Source: Klebsormidium nitens (lineage: Eukaryota; Plantae; Klebsormidiophyceae). Taken from it: a DNA stretch of 64,000 nucleotides. The position numbers were made by a program, and so were the translations under genes. Shown piece by piece: positions 12,601 through 23,733 of this stretch. Numbering within the stretch: the stretch's first letter is position 1; each line of letters starts with the position of its first letter. The stretch spans positions 1-64,000 of the forward strand of contig DF237343.1 of the NCBI GenBank assembly GCA_000708835.1, given 5' to 3'. A model generated the notes under the pieces. That model made no database searches, was not told where the DNA came from, and saw only the letters and a program-made list of their open reading frames with translations.

Positions 12601-15600
12601 CATGAGCAACCCTTGACTCACCCTTGCTTTTCCTCCGCCAACACGACGTTTCTATCCTCTTTCAAATCTCGGTCACTGCATCGGTGCACCATTTTTCTCT
12701 TTTTAGGGATTTCGGGATGCCGGGTATTGCCCTAAGCTTATTAGATTCCGAGCCACCGTCCAAGGGGATAATGCATGCGAAGGAGAGGAGAGGACGCAAT
12801 GGAATACGTACAAGAAAGGTCCGTTATGTTGGCTCCTCATTGTCCCCTTCTGTCGTCCGTGTGCAGCGTCCAGATGCCATCCCTTGCTGATTGCATTCTG
12901 GCGATCCAGAAAGGGATAGTGGACTTCGTGACGCTGGATGGTGGGGACGTGTTCTTGGGCTCTGCATATTACCAGCTCAAGGCGTTCGTTTCCGAGGTGA
13001 GTCTGTTAACGACTGGATTAAGGTACTGACGCTTAGAAAACAAGTCACATGTCTGGAAGCTCAAGGGTTCGTCGTGTTTCCAGGATGTCGGGACTGCGAT
13101 TGGGAAGACTCTGGCTTTTCAAAAGAGGGTTGAGTCAGGCTTCTTCCATCCGTTGACGAGTTGGGGTGGCCTGAAGCAGGATTCTTGAAGTTATCCAAAG
13201 CATCCAACTGGTTTCAAAAACTGGAGCATGCCAGAACGCAATTCTTCCAGTATTTGCGTAGGGCAACAACCGACCCCCTCTTTCCACTTGCAGGTGTACT
13301 CCCAAGGCTCCGCTGGCGCCGTCAGCAGTGACGTCATCCGCGCGGTGGCCGTGGTTAAGAAGGAATTGTGCGACGCAAACCCATTTTTGAACTTCGCGGC
13401 CCTGCAGGGCAAGACGAGCTGCCACCCCTACTACCGACAGGAAGCCGGGTATGAAGACGTCACCTCTCGTAACCCGGCTTTTTGACGATCGGTGGTTTGA
13501 CCCTCACGCACTTCCAGAAAGTGTCTTGGATGACATCCTAGATTGGCGGTTCATCTTGCACTCACAATAACTTTAGAACTCTTCACCGAACCCCTCGTAC
13601 TCTTTTCTGATCACAGCCCTCGTCGCAAACCTTTCGAGAACACCCACTTGAGGCTTGACGCTGACCCTTCTTGCGGCCTCCTTTTGCTGTCTAACCACCG
13701 CCAGCCCGTTCCTAACCCACAAATATTCCTCAATTTTCAGGTGGGTCGCACCGGTTGGTTTCCTGCTCGACTCGGGCTTCCTCCCGACCATCAACACCGA
13801 CTTCAGCAAGCGCAACGACCTGGAGAGCGTGCAGACGTTCTTCGCCCGGGTGTGCGCCCCGGGGAACGAAGCCGACAGCCGCGTCTGCAGCGCGTGCGCG
13901 GGGAACTGCTCCATGCAGGAGCCGTTTGCGGGAGACGCAGGTCAGCGTTGCCCTTTTTCCGGATGGCAGATCAAGTTTAACGGCCCCATTATGTAAACAC
14001 GTTGCTTGGACAAGAGATTCAACGAGAAGGGGATGATTGAAGTTTTGAGCAGTGTAGTGGGTCGAACAGGGGTCCTTGTCGCTTATCTAACGCGCAGTCA
14101 AGGAGGCAGGGGTTGCGCCCTGATTTGCAGTCTTCATTTGTGCAGCGAAAGTCTGTTTTTCTGGAGCCAGTCTTTGGAGTACGTTTGACCATAAAATCTG
14201 TCCTTAAAAAAAGACCGAGAGAAGAAAACGGGACCCGCAAGGAAAGGTGGTAGACGTGCCCAGGAAAGCTTACAGTGCAGTCGATTCAGAGTGCGCTCCT
14301 CTTGTGTCTCCATTGCCGGCCATTTCGCCCTTCATACAGCCCTCTTCTCCAACTCTTTCCCGCAACTTAAGATCCTAAAAGCCAATGTCCTCGCACAGGT
14401 GCCCTCAACTGCCTGATGAACGGGGGCGGCGACGTGGCTTGGGTGGACGCAAACGCGGTGACCAATTATGCGAAGGGCGGGCCGCTCGCACAGAAGTGGG
14501 CCAACACCACCGTCGATGGCCTCCGGTGAGCCATCGACGGCTCCTTGCTGTGCATTCATGCAACGTGTCTTACCATGGTCAAGTGCCTGCTTCATGAATA
14601 CGATTTGCATTCGGCCGAATCTGGAGGGACATGGCCTTCTCAAATCCGTGCTGGGGCTCTGAAAAGAGGAAGCGAAAACGAGAAACTAAATATTGCTTTC
14701 GATATCAAAGGGATTGTAAGCTTGCACTTGAAGTAAATGGCCCTCGTTTGACAGGAACCAACTTTGGACCATGCGGTTTATAGATTCCTACGTCTCTCAC
14801 TTTCCTCCCAAGACCCTGAATCTTTCTACACCCGCCCTGCCGTAGCCGAGGCTCCCGTAAAAGTTGCCGAACCCAAAACTCTCAGAATGCAAAATGCTAC
14901 AAACCCTAACCCTCTCCTAACCCGTCGCTTAACCCGCAGGTTGCTGTGCCCGGACGTGGGCTGTGTTGAGGTGGGCCGAATGACGGCGGACTGCGTGCTC
15001 GCGAGCGTCCCGCCGCGCGCCGTGGTGACACGTGGCGACATGGCGATTGCCATACCGGGGCAGATCCTGCTGAATGCAACGCGGGACAAGGCCTTCCAGG
15101 CGCTCTTCTTGGGGGGGACCAACACCGGGAGTTTCGTCTTCAGGTGGGGGGCCAGGAAAAACGATTACCTTTCTCCTCCGGCCCCAAACGTCGTGGAAGA
15201 AGATGTTGGTACTCCAAAGAGTGACGTCCCTGCTTCTTTATTGGAGCGTCAGCTTCTTCCATTGAAAATAAAAGCAGAAGAATCGTGCTTGACTTTCAAT
15301 AGCTTGGTCGCTCAGCGACGCCCCTTCAGAAAGTTAGTGCATTTGGAACCCTTTGCTTAAGCACCGTTGATGTAACGTCGAGCTTATCGAACTGATTGTA
15401 GTGTTTCGAACGCCGGTGCAAGGATGGCAAGGGTCGTTCTTGACTTGATATAGATGTTCCTCAGCATAGCGCCCCTTCGGACAGGAACGTTCGCAATTAG
15501 GACCCTGTCATTTCGGATTACAAGAGTCTTGTCCAGCGCTCTTGGACTGACCTTCGTGTTTCGGACGCCGGCGCAGGGCGGACACGCGCGGTCTGGCGCC

Positions 15601-18600
15601 CATTACGACGAGCACGGACGACTTTCTGGGCGCGAGCACGCTCGAGGCGTACAGCGCGCTCTTCGAACTAGACGCGGCGCCCGTGGCCACCAGTGAGCAT
15701 GGATTCTTTTTGAGAAAACGCGAGAGGAAAAGCTTGGAAGTTCAATTGCTATAGGAAGGATTCATTTTCGACGGCTGTGGTGCTCTTCGGTCACGTTCTG
15801 GTCACCGCCGTTGCTTGAGGCCGTTCGAGTTGGACACTTGTTCGTTCTGATCAAACTTGGCAATGAGCCGCCATGCAGAGGTGAGAACTCGATAGAGCAA
15901 TAGATCTCGTCTTGCCGGATGATCGAAGTGATCTCCACGAATAGAAGTTTCTTCTTGCGCGGAATCTCCAACCGTTTCTGGAGTAGAGGAAATCTTATAA
16001 GACCTTCACAAACCAATAACCTTAACTAAAGGAAGACACAAAGTAAGACACAAACAAGAATAAACCAGAGACAGAAACGGACCTATAACCTGCAGACGTG
16101 ATTCGGTGGTGCCTCCCCGGCCGGCCCGAGTACCAGCAGTGCCTGCTCATGCTCCCCGCACTGCAGGCCACCGAGCCGTCCCTCAACTGGCAATGGCAAG
16201 CACCGCCTCTCGTTCGCCTTTTCGATTTGTTCCGCTTCTTCTGGACACTCACCCTTGTTTTTCGATCATCCATTCCTACATTCGTTCTGTTGGTGCACTT
16301 CTTGCGGCATTGATGGAAGCTTTAGCATTTGCTTTAGGCAGAGGAGTCCGGGCTTCTTTTCTGCTTGTTTGCTCTGTCTCTATGACCCTTCTCATGTCCC
16401 TTGCTCCGGTCCTTCTTCCCCAGACTCTGCCTCTCTAGTCCTTCTCGTGCAACCCGTTTGGCGGCTTTACAGAAAATGCCCCGTCTTCTCCACCTTCATC
16501 CTCCGCTGCCCTTCAGCTATGCCGCTTGACACGTGGCACGCCGTGCAGCATCCTGCGCAACACGACGCAGGCGTGCATCGACGCGGTGACGTCAGGTGAC
16601 GCCGAGGTGGTGATGCTGGACGGGAACCACATGTTCGAAGAGGTCAAGTCCGGCAGGGTGAGGTTTCTGCCCCGTCTCTAGTTCGCCCGTTCTTGCAGCT
16701 ACTCGTGCTGCTTATTTGAGCAAGGAAAACTCAAAGCTGCTCCAGATTCAAAAGTGCAACAGTATTTTTGGCTTTCTCGGCGCACCGCCTTTTGGTTGCT
16801 TCAAGAGTGCCACAAAACGAAGCCTTTTACAGAATCTAATTGCAGAATCTGACTCCCGCGAGGCCCATGTCCGTAGCTGGACACTTCGCAGCCCTTGCTG
16901 CTATCATCACGCTTGATTTTTTCCCTCACCACCGTTGCTTGGTATTTGTTGTCCTTGTTTCGTGACGTTTGTTTTTCGTACAGTCCGTTCGAACCCTGAC
17001 CTGACACTGACGAGGCCCTGTTTTCCATCGGGCAGCTGACGCCTACGGTCTCCGAGAGCTACGACGAGCTCCACTCGCTGACATACAGGGCCGTGGCCGT
17101 GGTCCGGAAGGAGTTCTGCGACCGCGAAACGATCCCGACGCTGAAAGACTTGCGCGGCAAGAACTCGTGCCACGGGAGCACGCTCTCCGCTTACGGCTGG
17201 ACCGTTCCGGTGGGCGACATGCTGCGGAGCGGAGCGATGTCGCCGATGAACGGGGACCCGCAGGTGAGTTCCCGCTGACGATGCGGGCTTTTTTAGACTT
17301 ACGTGCCAGCGATGCAGCATCGTTTACACTCAAAGAGACAGAATCGAGGTTGCAATACGGATCATTTGAGCAGCCCAATAGCCGGCCAGTGTAGGCTTGT
17401 TGTTCTTACTCGAAACGTAAAACAAATGTTAGAAAGGCTTGATCTTGATTCAATCAGTTTCCAGTGTCATTGATATAGGGAATTGTAAGGCTATTCGGCC
17501 AGGTTGTATCACGTCTTCAACTCAGGAAGCTGCTGGTTAGCATCAAACTCAAGTAAGGCAATGCTTGGGGGAGGTTCTACGCGTCACTTAGAGCAAAACT
17601 GTTCATCATTGTTCCTGAGAGGATTGCGTTGCTTTTGAACCCCTCGAGGAGGCTTCCTGAAGCATTGCCAGAAACAGAACGCGATGGTCAGGTTGTGCGT
17701 CACGCTTCCAACGTTCCTCAGAAAGATGGGTCCAACCGAGCAAGAATCAAGTGCTCGTCCTTGCCCCCGCAGTTACCGAACGACATCGAGTCGGTGGAGC
17801 AATTCTTCGGCAAGAGCTGCGCCCCGGGGGAGGTCGACTCGCAGCGCATCTGCACCGCATGCCCCGGGGACTGCGGGCTGCACACCGATCCTTATTTTGG
17901 CACCGTGGGGGCCTTCCGGTGCCTCATGGAGGGGGCGGGGGACGTCGCCTTCGTGCGGCACACCACGCCCGGGGAGTACGCGCAGGGAGGCCCGGGGGCT
18001 CAGGTGAGAGTAGAAAGTTGCTGAGAACCGCGATAAGAAGTATGATTGCTGTGAAAATTCGCCGCTGATCCTGACGTCGTAATGGGTGCCTCATGTAAGG
18101 CAGACAGAGTCGCGGCGGTCAACTTCTGTATTTGTGCCAAGAGCTTGCATCAAGCTGGACTACGAGGCTTTCATTGGTGTCATGATTTCTTAGTCATGAT
18201 CCATATAGGATCGGGTCTCACAATCAATCCGCCCTCACTGTCTTCACTTTGTGACCTCCTAAGCTCTGATGGGCTTGATATTCTAACTTATACTTCCCTT
18301 TCCGCAGCCGTGGTCCACTCTCCCGGCCTCCGAGTTCCGCCTGCTTTGCCCCTCGGGGGGCTGCGCGGCGATCGGGCAAGAGGCCACGTGTGCGTTCACA
18401 AACGTCCCCGGCGCGTCGCTGCTCGCGCGTCCGAACGTGGCCGCGAACGCGCTCGCGCTGCTCCAGGGCGCGCTCGCGCGGCTGGGCGACGGAGCGAGCC
18501 CGCATTTCAATTACCTCTTTGAGCAGAGCAAGAACACGGCCGGCCTCATCTTCGACTACAAGTGAGGCGCCGCAGCCTTTCCTCAAGGGAACGCTCGATT

Positions 18601-19784
18601 GCCTTTCCCGACGTCGCCGTTCGAGCAATGTTTTCAGTGCCGTTCGGATCTTGATGTGGTCGCAGAAAGCGCTTGGCAGACCCATAGACTCGTTCTTTGT
18701 GACTTCGATCACAGCCAGCAGGGGTTTGGAAGCGCTGGTAATCCCAAAGACGGTGTTTTAGCGCAACATGCCGTTCCTTTGCCCTCGAATCTCGTTAGGA
18801 GGGTCCGGTTTGTTGTGAGACGACAACAGCGCCGTCAGCCTTTCCGACAATTCTCACAGCACATTAGCGAGAACCGATTGTCCCGAGAAGCGGAATAACT
18901 CTGCGTCTTTAAGGCTTGGCACGCCTCCTCTTTTCCGCATTGTCACCAGTGGCTTCGTCACACACTCCGGGGAACTTTCAGAACAAGTCCTGTTGCTTCT
19001 CGCCCGCTGATGCTGACGGTCACTGTCCGTCCGTTGTGCAGTCTGCACTCCTTGAACCCGATTAACGAGACGGCCGAGGTCTTCCTCGCGTCGACGAGCC
19101 TGCAGTTCGCCTCGTTTGGAGCGCTGAGCGAGTTGGCACTGCAGCAGGGGGTCCCTAGCAAGCGGGCCCAGCACGGGCTCGGTAAGCTTACCCCGACCCA
19201 CGTGTCCTCAGCATGACCGTTTTGAAAAGACAAGTGTCCCTCGGATGAAGGATCCCCGGGCCTTCGACAGGGGTGTCCAGGGTTGTACACTGGGGCTCAT
19301 CCGAGCGAACAGGTGTAAGATTCGTCGTTTTATCCGGCAGAAAGATGTGACGTCTCGGGCCGACGGCTATCTTTGAGCAGCTGTTCGATGCAGATATTCT
19401 GAAGTGCAGTCGTTCTGCGGTGTGTGGTGATTTGAGGCTGGTCATGGTGCAAGGTCAAATGTGGGCGTTGTCGATAGCTGGTTTCACGAAGTTGACAGTG
19501 TCAATTAGGTGATTGATCTTCTCCCTAACATTTGATAAAGCTAACGAACCGAGTCAGATGTCCTCCCTTGGCCGTCTCCTATCATAGAACAAAGTCTTCA
19601 AAGGGAAATTTTTCTGTGCGTTACAGGTGCAGGTGCGATTGTGGGCATTGTGTTTGGAGTGCTGGGCGGCGTTATGCTCATCCTGGGTGCTTCCTTCTTC
19701 GTGTGGAAGAAGAAGTTCCTGCAGAAGAACCGGATGTATCGGTATGAAAGGTCCGAGAGCAAACTGAAGCTGACAGCCCTGTAG
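6653..19784 (+). CDS. Three-lobed transferrin-like protein with signal peptide and C-terminal transmembrane anchor (~1133 aa, 22 exons)
   Basis: Exons 6653-6734, 7530-7635, 7961-8090, 8719-8901, 9579-9707, 10012-10160, 10506-10665, 11047-11242, 11836-11950, 12867-12996, 13294-13448, 13741-13940, 14399-14525, 14940-15143, 15577-15692, 16096-16195, 16549-16657, 17036-17263, 17773-18003, 18308-18561, 19042-19181 and 19627-19784 sum to 3402 nt with all phases consistent. Each lobe shows transferrin motifs (VRLC/LKWC/IRWC; VAIV/AVAVV; GKxxC...GW; FFxxxCAPG; GAxxC...GDVAF/W; LCP...C). N-terminal MALRWGRQIQAVVLLVLVLMQAASFVRG; TM segment AIVGIVFGVLGGVMLILGASFFVW followed by KKK. Confidence 0.92.
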
Positions 19785-21947
19785 ATACGACTGACATAAT
19801 GCGGAAGCAGCTGTAGCATAAGGTTGCCACCTTTGCTTAGAGATCAAGCTCGGCTCTTGTAGTCCTCAACCAGCTTGTGAAGCTACCCTTGTTGGGATTT
19901 GCACCAGAAATATTGTCACTGAAGTGGAGTTGTTTGTAGATCGATTTAGCAGTACAAGTTGGCATGCGAGCCTTTGTCAAACATTGAGAATGCAGTTTGG
20001 GTTGGACAACCTAGGGACAACGTCAGAGCAGCTAGATAATGTCCGTTCGAGAAGCTTTGCGGTCGTCTCCGCCATTGTGGAGACGTACATTTCCTTTCCG
20101 GGCCGCCTGGTTAATTCAGTTGTCACCACAAAACTTGCATCAGTGCGGTTCTGCCAGCTACGTTGTGCACAGTCAACTAGCTGTTGGCTATATAGATGTC
20201 AGGCCCTTGAGTCAAACCAGTCCAGGCCGGGCGTTTCCTGATTGTGGACCGTACGATGTATAGCACTGAGGTTCTCATGCTGAGCGGCTGGATTCATTTG
20301 ATTGCCAGAATTACGATTGAGACAGCGTGTTGTGGGCTGGCTCCGCATGCCAGGTCTCTCCACCCACACCTATCATGCTTCATATGTTAAACTTTGTCGA
20401 ACCCGATCATGGGTACACCGCGTTCCACTAATTACCTATAGCACATGACCGGAGTTGGCACATGGGCGGCATGCGGCATTCAGTGCTAGCTTGCCACATG
20501 GTCACTGATTGCCTTCACGTGCATGTGATCGGACAATCATATAATGTTTTTAAGCCGCGCACGTGTTAGCAAGCATGCATGCCAGCCGGACGATCTAGGC
20601 CGTGTATCAAAATATAGCTTTTCAGTGTTCTAAAAGCTTTGAACCTTTCGAAGCTTCGACGCAGGTTATCATGGAATAATAGCATTCAACGTTATCGTGA
20701 CCGTTGTAAATCAAAGCTCGTAGAAGCAACCACAATTATTGCAACCCGGCCAACTTGAAAATACTATTCGAGCCACCTCAGTTCACCTATACTCATACAT
20801 TCAACCGCCCGGCCATGCATTGCAATGCTTGGCTGGGCGATTGAACGTATGAGTATAAACGGCACTGCAATGCACCGTTCCATGCATGATCCAATCCAGC
20901 ACCTTGCTGCAAAGAACTTCGCAGCGGCGCAGATCGAGGTTTTAATCGTTTCCCATGAAAGTGGAGCGCCTCAGCGCGTTGTACGAGCATGGTGTTTTGG
21001 CACAATTGTCTGCACTTGGTCCTCTGCTCTGGTTCGGTGCAACGTCAAACTGCTGCCGTGCGACAGTGGTAGACAAGTTCTTCTGTTTCAATTTCGGCAA
21101 GCTTCACTTTCTACCAGATTCTTTGATTTGGAGTGACAGGGGCAAGCATTGCTGCCCAGTTTGACCGAAGAGTACATACTTGGGGTTCTTGAGGCTTGGG
21201 GAAGTTGTTGGTGAGCAGCAGAGTACGTACCATACCACAAAGAAAATCTGTAGTTTTGTCGATAGAGTACGCAAGTATCACACTAGCGCTCTTCAAAGAA
21301 GTGGTACAGCTTGCCTCGCACGAAGAAGTCACTGTCCTGCTGCATTGGAAATGTCTATGCATCTAAGTCCAAGGAGAGGTTGAGAAAGCAATCAAAGACT
21401 CCAGATGCCTGTCACCTTGAAGAACTTGTCCAATTTGCGCAACAGATTGGCAACTTGCTTATATTATTATTGTTGACTTCGAAGGAGGGGCTTGACGACA
21501 AGAGCAAAAGTCAGTGTGCCGCTACACATAGTGCCGATGATTGCATGCCTCAAGCTTTGCAAGTTTAAAGCACTCCACTGAAGTAAGTAAGACTTGGCTT
21601 TCTAACTTCCGCCAAAAGAGCGCATGCCACTAGCTCTCTCAACTTTGTCCTACCTAGCGGCCTAGCCTGGGTCAGGTCCTACTTCCCGCTTGATTGTGCT
21701 CTGGAACGATAAATGAACTCAGAAGCTGCGGACATGGCAAGGAGGATCTTTGCTTTACACAACCATCCTTTCCTTGCATCGAAACAAGTTTCCATTGAAG
21801 CAGGTTGCCCCCCAAGCACATTCTACAGACAAATCCTGCCCAGGCCTATGCGCAAGGTGCTACCTTGCTGGCTATAGCATCCTTCAATATAAGATCATAA
21901 TGTCCCATCACGAAACCACACAGTTGGATAAGCTTCTGAAAGGAGGT

Positions 21948-21963
21948 GGTGTTAGAAAACACC
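21948..21963 (-). promoter_or_regulatory. Histone mRNA 3' stem-loop
   Basis: Minus strand reads CCAAACT-GGTGTT-TTCT-AACACC-ACCTCC: a 6-bp stem opening with GG, a 4-nt U-rich loop, a U-A closing pair, and CCAAA and ACC flanks, 66 nt downstream of the H4 stop. Confidence 0.8.
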
Positions 21964-22029
21964 AGTTTGGTTGGCTGGGATGGTTGTTGATGAGAAACAC
22001 CTCCCTTCCCGGTGCAGCGACGACACCGC

Positions 22030-22801
<772 letters not shown>

Positions 22802-23733
22802 GAAAGTGCCAAATCAAGAAAGTTCTGTCTCACTTACACACACCGTCCGATAAGATCAAATTCTTATCCGACGGTACAAGAGTCTCATCAAGGGTACCGC
22901 ACGGGGTGGATACTCAGCGCGAGCAGCCCGCGATTCGCGGCCGGCTGTACACCGGCGCCCGCCGGCCGCGGCCCGGGCTGGCAAGGAAGGTTCGTGCGCG
23001 ATTGTGACGCGCATACCAAACAGAGCCGGCAGTTTCGCTGTGCATCATTGCATGTGGGCAGCCTGTCGTAATCCGGTCGGCGCACGGACGGTTCTACCGT
23101 CCGATGAAATGTCTTGCGTTCAGCGACCGTCGATAAAGCAACCATGTGACATTCCGCGCTTCTGCAATTGAATTGCCGCAGACTGCAACTTCAGGTGCAG
23201 TACCGTATGTGACAGCCATGAGCTAATCATGGAGTGGCTCCCAGCTTCTCGCTGACTCTCAGCGTGTATACGGTAGAAAAGACGCGAGCTCTTGCCAGCT
23301 CAATGAGGATGCATATGCAAGGGTGTAATGCCGTGAGATCTAGCACGCTGAGCTGATCAGGAAGTCACCTGAGCGAATCCAACTGTAATGCTGTCAATCA
23401 GCAAGTCATATAGCGCATCTGCAAGGCACCTTACTTATGGTAGGTTCTTGCAGTTAGTCTGGGGTTGACTCTCAACTCGTACACCCTCGGATCTTTGATG
23501 CTTTAACACCTAGATTGGTGTGTGTGATTAACGTATCTGAAGTCATACCAACTATAGACATGTTTGAAGAATCACTAAACCCATTTTTCGGAGCAGCTGT
23601 AACCATCTTGAAGCAGATCCTCAACCAATCCTTGGCAAGTGGCATAGAAGTGCAGAGAGTCTTTCCGCGAATCTTCAGCTCTTTGGCACTGCCGCTTGCA
23701 CCGCCGTTTGTCCACCCACCAGCAGAACTAGAA

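Noticed and set aside
20825-21568. Short ORFs and exon-like segments (e.g. 21161-21210) between the transferrin and H4 genes
   Set aside because: No consistent spliced frame or recognisable domain could be built. It may be a small or decayed gene but is unsupported.
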